Shown here piece after piece: positions 9,267-17,275 of a stretch of DNA of 64,000 nt. The notes below the pieces were generated by a model, which was not told the DNA's origin, did no database searches, and saw only the letters and a program-made list of their open reading frames with translations. Every line of letters begins with the position of its first letter. The stretch's first letter is position 1. The translations under genes and the position numbers were made by a program. The stretch is from Candidatus Woesearchaeota archaeon (GTDB lineage Archaea; Nanobdellota; Nanobdellia; Pacearchaeales; UBA284), in contig CAYNFE010000001.1 of assembly GCA_964396475.1 (NCBI GenBank), positions 69,474 to 133,473 on the forward strand, written 5' to 3'.

Positions 9267-9953
9267 TCAAGCTGTAAAATCTTTCTCTTTAATGCTTTCC
9301 TTACCGTCAACAATAGCCTTTCTTATTATCTTTCCAGTTCTTTTTACCCCTAACCTTATTTTTTCATAATCTCCTTCTTTTTCAAGTTCTTTTGGGATAT
9401 TGATATCTTTTATAATATATGTATGCTCGAAATGTACTTTCTTAATCTCAGAAGGTAAATCAAATAAAAATTCTTTTTGAACTTGTGGCCAATATTTCAA
9501 ACTAAGAATCAATTGGCAAAATTTATCATTAACTTTTGCCTTGCTCCCTTTTCCTGGCCTAGGTAGTCTCTTTTTTATCTTTAAATCTATAGAATTATCT
9601 TCAGAAACACAATCAAAAAGAGTATAATTAGCTTTTGACACAAGACTTTTAAGCTCTTCACCACTAATTTTTTTATCAATATCATAAACAAAAAATCCTT
9701 TTTTCTTTTTTCCCTTAAGATCAGAAATTTGTTCTTTAATCATCAAAAGGCCTTTAATCTTAAACTCTGAAGAAAGAAAACTTATAAATTTTACAAGGTC
9801 ATTAGCTAGTTCAAAGCTAGTAGTTATTTTTATCATTGAAGTTTTTCTTATATTGATTATAGCCCTGTTTTCAAACTGTCCCTTACTAAATCTTACAAAC
9901 TGCCTATGCACACTTTCATCAATTTTATTTTCAAAAATTTTTTTTATAAACAT
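9267..9953 (-). CDS. hypothetical protein
   Basis: The ORF track gives 9267..10019, but the first 22 codons overlap tRNA-Val. Trimmed to the internal Met (MFIKKIFENK...). No family recognised. Confidence 0.55.
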   Translation of the reverse strand: MFIKKIFENKIDESVHRQFVRFSKGQFENRAIINIRKTSMIKITTSFELANDLVKFISFLSSEFKIKGLLMIKEQISDLKGKKKKGFFVYDIDKKISGEELKSLVSKANYTLFDCVSEDNSIDLKIKKRLPRPGKGSKAKVNDKFCQLILSLKYWPQVQKEFLFDLPSEIKKVHFEHTYIIKDINIPKELEKEGDYEKIRLGVKRTGKIIRKAIVDGKESIKEKDFTA

Positions 9954-9961
9954 TTTGAAGT

Positions 9962-10034
9962 GGGCCTGGCTGGGATCGAACCAGCGATTTCCACCTTGTA
10001 AGGGTGGCGTCATAACCACTAGACCACAGGCCCT
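9962..10034 (-). tRNA. tRNA-Val (anticodon UAC)
   Basis: Hand-folded cloverleaf: acceptor GGGCCUG/CAGGCCC, anticodon stem CCACC/GGUGG with loop CUUACAA, T-arm GCUGG-UUCGAUC-CCAGC. 73 nt, no encoded CCA. Confidence 0.9.
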
Positions 10035-10104
10035 TTATATAATTAATTGAGAGTAAAACTTTAAAAAGGTTTTCTCCTTTATTTCGAATGTAAATGGAGA
10101 TAAA

Positions 10105-11919
10105 ATGAAGAAAAAAACTCCCAAAAACACAGAAGAAAAAAAATATGATCCTGCAAAGGGAATGGAAGAGATAGAAAAACAGATCCCTGAAAAGGTCAAG
10201 AAAGAAATTGATAAAATTAGGGAGAACCTTAAGGAATTTAAGAGAGCTATTACTAAAAAATTTCCATTTATTGAGGCTATAGGAATTCTCCCTCCACCAG
10301 CCGCAAAAATAATAGAAGAGGAAGAGGAGGTGGAGAAAGAAAAAGATGAAAAATTGATACATGTTGTAATTATAGTTCCAGAAGAAAAAAATAAAGAGAC
10401 AGCTAAGATAAGGGTTGAGGGAATAAAACTTATTCAAGGAATGAAACCTAAGGTATGGCTCCATATTAAAACCACAAAACAATTATGGGAGATATGTTTT
10501 GATGGAAAATATACTTTAATAGAGGCAATGGCTATGTCTTTTCCTTTGTATGATAAAGGTATTCTTGGAGCTTTGAGAGTAGCATCAATTCATAAAACCC
10601 TTGTCCTTAAAAAATTTGAGAAGTATGTTGTTAGTTATGTTCTTGTTGGTTCTCTTGTAAGGGAAGAAGCAAAAAAAACAAGCGATGTAGATATTTTTAT
10701 TGTTATAGATGATACTGATGTTAAGCGTATGAGCAGATATGAGCTGAAAGAAAAATTGAGAGCTATAATATATAGTTATACTATGGAAGCAGGAGAGATA
10801 GCTGGAGTAAAAAACAAGTTAAGCCCACAAATATACATTCTAACAGAATTTTGGGAAGCAGTTAAAGATGCTCATCCTGTTATATTTACATTCATTAGAG
10901 ATGGCGTCCCTCTTTATGATAGGGGAGCTTTCATGCCTTGGAAGCTTCTTTTGAAAATGGGTAAGATTAAGCCAAGTCCAGAAGCTATTGACATGTTTAT
11001 GAGTCTGGGAGAGAGAGTAGCAATTAATGTAAAGAGAAAGTTGAATGAGATAGCAACAGAAGATATTTATTGGGGTATCATAACACCAAGCCAGGCTGTT
11101 TTAATGCTTTATGGAGTGCCTCCACCAGTACCTAAAGAAACTGTAAAACTGATGAGAGATATTTTTGTAAAGAAAGAAAAAATTCTAGAACCAAAATATA
11201 TAGATATTCTGGATAAGATAGTAACTCTCTACAAAAAATATGAACATGAAGAAGTTAAAACTATTACTGGGAAAGAAGTAGATATGCTCTTAAAACAATC
11301 ATCAGAATATATTAAAAGATTAAAAGAATTAATGGATCAAATAGAAAAGAAAACTAGTGAAAAAGAAATCATAGAGATTTATGATTCTATTTTTAATCTT
11401 CTTAAAGGAATTCTTGGAAAAGCAGGAGAGACAGTAATGCTTAAAAAATTTGAAGATGAATTAGTTAAGAAAACAAAATTATCTCCAAGAAATCTTATTC
11501 TTCTAAACAAAATAGTCGATGCCAAGAAAAAATATAAAAAAGGAAAGATAACAAAACAAGATATATCAGAAGCAAGAAAAGCATCTCATGAATTAACTTC
11601 AGCACTTTTAGAATACACTCAAAGACGAGAGATTTTAGAGATAGAGAAGCACAAAATAGATCTCATTTACAAAACTAAAGAAGCTGGAAAAGAAATAGTG
11701 AAAAAAGGAGAGGTATTATTGTTTAAAGATTCAGCATTCATTATCCCTGACATAACTCTTGATATAATAAAGAAATTCAGTGAAGAGAAAATTAGAGACA
11801 GCAATAAAGAAGAGTTAAGAAAAAATTTAGCAAAGAAAGGAAAAATCGAAAAAAAGATTACACCTAAACTTCTAGAAGCACTAAGAAAACTTTTTGGAGA
11901 GTTTGAATTGATTTTTTAA
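10105..11919 (+). CDS. large nucleotidyltransferase-domain protein of unknown function
   Basis: 604 aa. GSLVREEAKKTSDVDIFIVIDD is the G-S...D-x-D signature of the Pol-beta-like nucleotidyltransferase fold. The rest is helical and K/E-rich and unassigned. Confidence 0.6.
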   Translation: MKKKTPKNTEEKKYDPAKGMEEIEKQIPEKVKKEIDKIRENLKEFKRAITKKFPFIEAIGILPPPAAKIIEEEEEVEKEKDEKLIHVVIIVPEEKNKETAKIRVEGIKLIQGMKPKVWLHIKTTKQLWEICFDGKYTLIEAMAMSFPLYDKGILGALRVASIHKTLVLKKFEKYVVSYVLVGSLVREEAKKTSDVDIFIVIDDTDVKRMSRYELKEKLRAIIYSYTMEAGEIAGVKNKLSPQIYILTEFWEAVKDAHPVIFTFIRDGVPLYDRGAFMPWKLLLKMGKIKPSPEAIDMFMSLGERVAINVKRKLNEIATEDIYWGIITPSQAVLMLYGVPPPVPKETVKLMRDIFVKKEKILEPKYIDILDKIVTLYKKYEHEEVKTITGKEVDMLLKQSSEYIKRLKELMDQIEKKTSEKEIIEIYDSIFNLLKGILGKAGETVMLKKFEDELVKKTKLSPRNLILLNKIVDAKKKYKKGKITKQDISEARKASHELTSALLEYTQRREILEIEKHKIDLIYKTKEAGKEIVKKGEVLLFKDSAFIIPDITLDIIKKFSEEKIRDSNKEELRKNLAKKGKIEKKITPKLLEALRKLFGEFELIF

Positions 11920-11920
11920 A

Positions 11921-12178
11921 ATGAAAGCTGTTGTTGTTAGTTTTAGACGTGGAAGACATACTTATAAACCAAGACATTTCATTATTCAGACTGAAAAATC
12001 TAAGAACAAAAAAGATGCAGAAAAATATCTAGGAAAGAAAGTGGAATGGAAAAGTCCTGCAGGAAAAATCATTAAAGGTAAGATAACAGCATCACATGGA
12101 AATAAAGGACTTCTAAGAGTTGTGTTTGAAAAAGGCCTTCCAGGACAAGCAATAAATACAGAAGCAGAAATAAAATAA
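11921..12178 (+). CDS. rpl35ae: 50S ribosomal protein L35Ae (eL33)
   Basis: 85 aa: RRGRHTYKPRHFIIQ...YLGKKVEWKSPAGKIIKGKITASHGNKGLLRVVFEKGLPGQAI matches L35Ae. Confidence 0.85.
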   Translation: MKAVVVSFRRGRHTYKPRHFIIQTEKSKNKKDAEKYLGKKVEWKSPAGKIIKGKITASHGNKGLLRVVFEKGLPGQAINTEAEIK

Positions 12179-12211
12179 AAAAATAAAAAAAAATAAAAAA
12201 ATTTTATATTT

Positions 12212-12385
12212 TTATTCTGTAGGTTCTTCAGTAGTTTCTTCACTGGCTTTTTCTTCTGTATCCTCTTCTTCTACTTTTTCTTCAGTAGTTTCTTCATTAC
12301 TTTCTTCTGTTTCAGTTTTAGGATTTTCCTCACTAGTTGTTTCTTCAGTCTCTTCTTCTTTTTTGTCTTCTTCTTCACCTTCCAT
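12212..12385 (-). CDS. possible small, extremely acidic protein (57 aa)
   Basis: Below the ORF-track cutoff. Hand translation gives MEGEEEDKKEEETEETTSEENPKTETEESNEETTEEKVEEEDTEEKASEETTEEPTE. GGAGGT lies 6 nt upstream of the ATG. The low-complexity composition makes coding status uncertain. Confidence 0.3.
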   Translation of the reverse strand: MEGEEEDKKEEETEETTSEENPKTETEESNEETTEEKVEEEDTEEKASEETTEEPTE

Positions 12386-12533
12386 TTTAACCTCCTATAA
12401 AAAATTTAAATTAAAATAAGCAGAATATTATTTTTTTCTTTTCTCTATTTAGAAATTTAATCTACTTAATATTTAAATCTTTCTAAAAACATTAAGCGAA
12501 AATCTTTAAAAACTTCTTTTTCTTTAACATGAG

Positions 12534-13211
12534 ATGCAGATCAAATTACTTATTGATGGTGGGGCAATGAAACCAGGCCCAGCCATAAGTCAGAAGTTAG
12601 GACCTTTAGGGATAAATTTAGGTAAAGTTATAAGTGAGGTTAACAAAGCCACCACAGATTTTAAGGGAATTAAAGTTCCTGTCACTCTTGACATTGATTC
12701 AAAAACCAAAGATTTCACTGTTACTGTTTCAACACCACCAACAGCTGAACTTTTGAAGAAAGAACTTGGATTTACAAAAGGCTCTCAACAGCCTGATAAG
12801 ATTAAGGTGGCTAATGCTGCTATAGAATATATTATTAAAGTTGCTAAAATTAAGCAAAAAGATATGTTTGTTGATAGTCTTAAAGCAGCTATAAAATCTG
12901 TTTTAGGTTCTTGTGTTAGTAATGGAATTCTTGTGGAAAGCAAAGATCCTAAAGAAATCATAGAAGAGATTGAGAAAGGAGTTTATGATAAGATAATTTC
13001 TGAAGGAAAAGAAATTCCTGATAAAGAGAAACTTGATAAGCTAGATTCTGATTTCAAAGAAGTTCAGAAAGTTCAAGAGGCTCTAATTAAAGAAATACAG
13101 AAGAAAGAAGAGGAAAAAGCAGCAGCAGCTGCACCTGCGGCACCTGGTGCTCCAACAGCAGAAGCTCCTGAGGAAAAGAAAGAGGAGAATAAGGAAGAAA
13201 AGAAAAAATAA
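12534..13211 (+). CDS. rpl11: 50S ribosomal protein L11 (uL11) with ~60 aa C-terminal extension
   Basis: N-terminal DGGAMKPGPAISQKLGPLGINLGKV and the full uL11 core. The extra tail ends EEEKAAAAAPAAPGAPTAEAPEEKKEENKEEKKK. Confidence 0.9.
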   Translation: MQIKLLIDGGAMKPGPAISQKLGPLGINLGKVISEVNKATTDFKGIKVPVTLDIDSKTKDFTVTVSTPPTAELLKKELGFTKGSQQPDKIKVANAAIEYIIKVAKIKQKDMFVDSLKAAIKSVLGSCVSNGILVESKDPKEIIEEIEKGVYDKIISEGKEIPDKEKLDKLDSDFKEVQKVQEALIKEIQKKEEEKAAAAAPAAPGAPTAEAPEEKKEENKEEKKK

Positions 13212-13220
13212 TTTAATAAG

Positions 13221-13230
13221 ATTTAAATAT
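13221..13230 (+). promoter_or_regulatory. TATA-box-like element upstream of tRNA-Pro
   Basis: ATTTAAATAT lies 23-32 nt upstream of the tRNA 5' end, the spacing expected for archaeal promoters. Confidence 0.35.
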
Positions 13231-13252
13231 CAAACAGCTTCTTTTAAATTAG

Positions 13253-13327
13253 GGGGCTGTAGTGTAGTTTGGTTTAGCATTAGAGGTTTGGGACCTCTCG
13301 ACCCCGGTTCAAATCCGGGCAGCCCCA
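13253..13327 (+). tRNA. tRNA-Pro (anticodon UGG)
   Basis: Acceptor GGGGCUG/CAGCCCC, anticodon stem AGAGG/CCUCU with loop UUUGGGA, T-arm CCCGG-UUCAAAU-CCGGG. 75 nt. Confidence 0.9.
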
Positions 13328-13340
13328 TCACATAATTAAA

Positions 13341-13553
13341 ATGAGAACAAAAAAAACAAAATCAATAGCTCGTTTTGGTGCAAGATATGGTGCTGTTGTC
13401 AAGGAAAAAGCCAGAAAAGTTGAATCAAAACAAAAAAAAAGACAAAAATGCCCTTTCTGCAAGAAACAATCTGTGAAAAGACTTTCTAAAGGATTATGGC
13501 TCTGTAAATCTTGCAAGAAAAAATTCACTTCTCAAGCCTATTATATTAAATAA
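13341..13553 (+). CDS. rpl37ae: 50S ribosomal protein L37Ae (eL43)
   Basis: SIARFGARYGAVVKEK...CPFCKKQSVKRLSKGLWLCKSCKKKF zinc ribbon, the L37Ae signature. Confidence 0.9.
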   Translation: MRTKKTKSIARFGARYGAVVKEKARKVESKQKKRQKCPFCKKQSVKRLSKGLWLCKSCKKKFTSQAYYIK

Positions 13554-13612
13554 TAAATTAGATAGTTCAAGAAAAACTTAAAGTTTATAAATAAAAAGAA
13601 ATAAGGTAGAAT

Positions 13613-13750
13613 ATGGTTACATACAAATGTTTTTTCTGTGGTAAAACAGTTTCAGCTAAAGCATTGAAAGAACGTTTTTCATGTCCCTACTGTGGCTCTA
13701 AGGTTTTTTTTAAACCAAGGACAGCTGTTAAGAAAATCAAGGCGGTGTGA
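13613..13750 (+). CDS. rpoP: DNA-directed RNA polymerase subunit P (RpoP/Rpb12)
   Basis: 45 aa ORF absent from the track: MVTYKCFFCGKTVSAKALKERFSCPYCGSKVFFKPRTAVKKIKAV. CxxC..CxxC zinc ribbon and the conserved archaeal position right after L37Ae. Confidence 0.8.
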   Translation: MVTYKCFFCGKTVSAKALKERFSCPYCGSKVFFKPRTAVKKIKAV

Positions 13751-14097
13751 GTATAATGATAAAAAAAGAAAAAGAGAAAAAGCCAGAACAAAATTTAGTT
13801 CAACTTCAGTTAGCTGAACAAAATCTTCAAAATCTAGTTCTACAGAAACAAGTATTCCAACTTGAATCAATAGAAACAAATAATGCTCTAGAAGAATTAA
13901 AAAAGAGCAAAGATGGGGATGTTTATAATATTGTAGGTTCCTTAATGTTCAAATCAAATAAAGAACAGCTCACAAAAGATCTAGAGAAAAAGAAAGATTT
14001 ACTTAATTTGAGAATTAAGAGCATTGAAAAGCAGGAAGAAGATATCAAAAATAAACTTTTAAAGGTAAGAGAAGAAGTATTGAAAGGTATGAAATAA
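13747..14097 (+). CDS. pfdB: prefoldin beta subunit
   Basis: 116 aa with two coiled-coil arms flanking a central hairpin (DGDVYNIVGSLMFKSNKEQL). Conserved L37Ae-RpoP-prefoldin neighbourhood. Confidence 0.8.
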   Translation: MSIMIKKEKEKKPEQNLVQLQLAEQNLQNLVLQKQVFQLESIETNNALEELKKSKDGDVYNIVGSLMFKSNKEQLTKDLEKKKDLLNLRIKSIEKQEEDIKNKLLKVREEVLKGMK

Positions 14098-14192
14098 TAA
14101 TTAGCTTTGTAAAAGATACTTTAAAATATATTAAAAATAGTATCAAAAAATTTATAAAGTAAAGAAATTTTATAAATAGGATTTATTAAAAA

Positions 14193-14567
14193 ATGGGCAT
14201 ATTTGGTAAGATTTTCAGAGGAAAAGGTGGAGAAACACCAGAATCTCCAGAATATATTGAAGTTGATGTAGGTAAAGAAGACAAGAAAGTCAAGATCATC
14301 GTTAGGCCATTTATACTTAAAGCTTTTGATGATATAAATAAGATTCTTGAAGCTCTAAGAGATGGTTACACTATAGCTTTGATAGATATTAAGCCTCTCA
14401 AACAAAAAGATGTTGTTGAACTTAAGAGGTCAATATCTAAGTTAAAGAAAACAGTAGATGCACTTGAAGGAAATATTGCTGGTTTCGGAGAGAATACTAT
14501 TGTTGCTACTCCTCCTTTTGTTGACATATACAGAGGAGAGAAATTAAGAAAAGTAGAAAAAGTTTAA
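14193..14567 (+). CDS. sepF: SepF-like cell division protein (DUF552 family)
   Basis: 124 aa. The pattern IVRPFILKAFDDINKILEALRDGYTIALIDIKPL...ELKRSISKLKKTVDALEGNIAGFGEN resembles the archaeal SepF core. Confidence 0.55.
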   Translation: MGIFGKIFRGKGGETPESPEYIEVDVGKEDKKVKIIVRPFILKAFDDINKILEALRDGYTIALIDIKPLKQKDVVELKRSISKLKKTVDALEGNIAGFGENTIVATPPFVDIYRGEKLRKVEKV

Positions 14568-14574
14568 AATTTAA

Positions 14575-15228
14575 ATGAAAGTTCTATTCGTGCCTTCTAA
14601 ATATAAAATTCATTTTTCTTTAGGGAATATAGAATCAAAAAGATTACCTTCTAAAATAGGGTTAATAACAACAATCCAGCACACAAATTCTTTAAAAAAA
14701 ATAAAAACATTTCTAGAAAAACATAAGAAGAAAGTAATAATTAGAAAATCTGAATTTCTGGAAAAAGGACAAATCTTAGGTTGTGATGTCAGTGCAGCCA
14801 CAAAAATACAAGATAAAGTTCAAGCCTTCCTATATGTTGGTTCAGGAAAATTCCACCCTTTACAGCTCGCATTAGCAACAAATAAACCAATCTATATCTA
14901 TAATCCCCTTACAAATCAATTCTCAAAACTAAAAGCAGAAGATATAAACAAAGCAAAGGCAAGAAAGAAAGGTCAGAAGCTCAAATTCTTATCAGCACAA
15001 AATTATGGTATTCTCGTATCAACAAAACCAGGCCAAAATAAACTCAAACAGGCCATAGCTCTAAAAAAGAAACTGGAAAAACAAAAAAAGAAAGCCTATA
15101 TTTTTATGTTCAATACCCTAGACATAAATCAATTAGAGAACTTCCTAAAAGTAGAATGCTGGATAAACACATCTTGTCCTGGCCTCAGTCTAGAAAATCC
15201 TTTTATCTGGATTAATGACATAGAATAG
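14575..15228 (+). CDS. dph2: diphthamide synthesis Dph2-like protein, short form
   Basis: Motifs GQILGCDVSAA, YVGSGKFHPL, ILVSTKPGQ and WINTSCPGLS match the Dph1/Dph2 family. It is only 217 aa. Confidence 0.6.
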   Translation: MKVLFVPSKYKIHFSLGNIESKRLPSKIGLITTIQHTNSLKKIKTFLEKHKKKVIIRKSEFLEKGQILGCDVSAATKIQDKVQAFLYVGSGKFHPLQLALATNKPIYIYNPLTNQFSKLKAEDINKAKARKKGQKLKFLSAQNYGILVSTKPGQNKLKQAIALKKKLEKQKKKAYIFMFNTLDINQLENFLKVECWINTSCPGLSLENPFIWINDIE

Positions 15229-15244
15229 TAAAGAGGACTATAAG

Positions 15245-15763
15245 ATGATAGAATACAAAAAAGCAACGTTCGATAAAATTGAAGATATATTAGAATTAGA
15301 GAATAGTTTTTTTAAAAGTAAAAGTGAATCACCTTCAGAAACAAGAGAAGGGATAGAATTATTTTTAAGATTAGGTGGAGAATGTATAATCCAATACTTA
15401 AATAATAAACCAAGTAGTTATGTGGGGATTATTAAAGTAAAAAATCTGGATGAGAGAATAAATTCTTTGTCTAATAATTCTCCTCTTAAGAAAGTCTATC
15501 AAAGAAGGATTTTAGAAAATTATAGAGATTATTATTTTGTTCATTCTTGGGTCAGTTTAAATCAAGAAGCCAGTGGTTTATTTCATAAAATTTTTGGAAA
15601 GAATAGTAAATATTATGATAAAAAATTAGTAGGATTTTGTCTAAAATCAGATAAAAAAGCTTTAAATGCTTATTTAAGATTTGGGAAGGTGGTTGAAGAA
15701 ATAGCTGATTTATATTCTTCTAGAACTGTCCATTGTGTGTTGATATCTAAAAATAGAGAATAA
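15245..15763 (+). CDS. hypothetical protein (possibly GNAT-like fold)
   Basis: 172 aa clean ORF with a plausible start. No confident motif. Confidence 0.4.
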   Translation: MIEYKKATFDKIEDILELENSFFKSKSESPSETREGIELFLRLGGECIIQYLNNKPSSYVGIIKVKNLDERINSLSNNSPLKKVYQRRILENYRDYYFVHSWVSLNQEASGLFHKIFGKNSKYYDKKLVGFCLKSDKKALNAYLRFGKVVEEIADLYSSRTVHCVLISKNRE

Positions 15764-15809
15764 TTTCCTAACTCAATAAGTAATCAGACTAAGAGTCAGA
15801 ATTCTAAAA

Positions 15810-15890
15810 CGCCGGGACTGGGACTCGAACCCAGATGCCCAAAAAGGCCCAGCTTTCCAGGCTGGTGCGATACCATTACGCGATCCCGGC
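15810..15890 (-). tRNA. tRNA-Ser (anticodon GGA) with long variable arm
   Basis: Acceptor GCCGGGA/UCCCGGC, anticodon stem CCAGC/GCUGG with loop CUGGAAA, long variable arm (GCCUUUUUGGGC), T-arm CUGGG-UUCGAGU-CCCAG. Confidence 0.9.
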
Positions 15891-15910
15891 ACATCAACAA
15901 GAGCATATAA

Positions 15911-15920
15911 AGATATAAAA
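15911..15920 (-). promoter_or_regulatory. TATA-box-like element upstream of tRNA-Ser
   Basis: TTTTATATCT on the minus strand, 21-30 nt upstream of the tRNA 5' end. The region is shared with the divergent EndoQ-like gene. Confidence 0.35.
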
Positions 15921-15942
15921 ATCTTTTTTACCCCATTTAAGA

Positions 15943-17166
15943 ATGCAGATTATTTCAGACTTACACATACATTCAAGATTTAGCAGAGCAACAAGTCATG
16001 AGCTAAATATTCCTAATTTAGAAAAATGGGCAAATATCAAGGGAGTTGACTTGCTTGGGACAGGTGATTTCACACATCCTTTATGGATTCAGGAAATAAA
16101 AGACAATTTAAAAGATGAAGGAGAGGGAATTCTTAAAACACTGAATGGCTTTCCATTTATTCTTCAAACAGAAATATCCTTAATGTACAGCCAGGGAGGA
16201 AAAGGAAGAAGAGTGCATATTGTCATTCTTGCTCCAAATCTTGAGACAGTCCAGCAAATCAGCAGCTATTTTGGAAAAAAAGGCCGTTTAGATTATGACG
16301 GCAGACCAATTTTTGGCATACCTCTACCTGAAGTTGTAGAATCTTTAAAAGAAATCTCAGATGACATTGAAATAATTCCTGCACATATCTGGACACCTTG
16401 GTTTGGTCTTCTTGGCAGTAAATCTGGGTTTGATTCTTATGAAGAGGCATTTGATGATCAGGTTAAACATATCCATACTCTTGAGACTGGTTTAAGTAGT
16501 GATCCAAAAATGAACTGGAGACTTAGCAAGCTAGATAAGTATACTATAATTTCTTCTTCTGATTTACATTCTTTCTGGCCTTGGAGACTTGGAAGAGAAG
16601 CCACTATTCTTGACTTGCCTAAATTAACATACAAAAATATCATTAAAGCCATAAGAAAAAAAGAAGGATACAAAGGTACGATAGAAGTTAATCCAGCATA
16701 TGGCAAATATCATTTTGATGGTCATCGCCTCTGTAATTTCTCATGTCCACCAAAAGAAGCAAGAGAAAAATACAAGAATATCTGTCCTATATGTCATAAA
16801 CCACTTACCATAGGTGTAGAACATAGAGTAGAAGAACTTGCAGATAGAAAAGAAGGTTATAAGCCAAAAAATGCTTTTGAATTCAAAATCCTTTTACCTC
16901 TTCATGAAATTCTTTCTAAGCTGCTTGGTTCAGCAATGGCAACAAAAAAAGTATGGGCTGAATATAATAAATTGATTGATAAATTCAAAAATGAATATAA
17001 TATCCTTCTTAATGTTCCAGTAGAAGATTTAAGAAAAGTGACAACAGATAAAATTGCTGGAGCCATAATTAAAAATCGTGAAGAGAAAATCAAAGTCAAA
17101 CCTGGTTTCGATGGTGAATATGGCCAGGCAATAATAGAATCAGAAAAACAAGAAAAGCTTTTTTAA
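15943..17166 (+). CDS. PHP-domain endonuclease Q-like protein
   Basis: N-terminus MQIISDLHIHSRFSRATS...KGVDLLGTGDFTHPLW and an internal zinc finger (CPICHKPLTIGVEHRVEEL) resemble archaeal EndoQ (TIGR00375-type). Confidence 0.6.
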   Translation: MQIISDLHIHSRFSRATSHELNIPNLEKWANIKGVDLLGTGDFTHPLWIQEIKDNLKDEGEGILKTLNGFPFILQTEISLMYSQGGKGRRVHIVILAPNLETVQQISSYFGKKGRLDYDGRPIFGIPLPEVVESLKEISDDIEIIPAHIWTPWFGLLGSKSGFDSYEEAFDDQVKHIHTLETGLSSDPKMNWRLSKLDKYTIISSSDLHSFWPWRLGREATILDLPKLTYKNIIKAIRKKEGYKGTIEVNPAYGKYHFDGHRLCNFSCPPKEAREKYKNICPICHKPLTIGVEHRVEELADRKEGYKPKNAFEFKILLPLHEILSKLLGSAMATKKVWAEYNKLIDKFKNEYNILLNVPVEDLRKVTTDKIAGAIIKNREEKIKVKPGFDGEYGQAIIESEKQEKLF

Positions 17167-17188
17167 TTCTTTTAACCTTATTTTATTA

Positions 17189-17260
17189 GCCCTCATAGTT
17201 TAATGGATAGAATACGGGCTTGCGGAGCCTGCGATCGCGGTTCGAATCCGCGTGGGGGCA
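17189..17260 (+). tRNA. tRNA-Arg (anticodon GCG)
   Basis: Acceptor GCCCUCA/UGGGGGC, anticodon stem CGGGC/GCCUG with loop UUGCGGA, T-arm CGCGG-UUCGAAU-CCGCG. 72 nt. Confidence 0.9.
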
Positions 17261-17275
17261 TTAGCTATTTAAAAA

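Noticed and set aside
9954-10019. N-terminal 22 codons of ORF 9267..10019 (MVMTPPLQGGNRWFDPSQAHFK)
   Set aside because: This stretch is the reverse-strand reading of tRNA-Val (9962..10034). The CDS was trimmed to the Met at 9953.
9931-10482. 183 aa minus-strand ORF
   Set aside because: It overlaps tRNA-Val and is antisense to the nucleotidyltransferase gene, with F/L/Y-rich junk composition.
13328-13528. 66 aa minus-strand ORF
   Set aside because: It is antisense to the unmistakable L37Ae gene.
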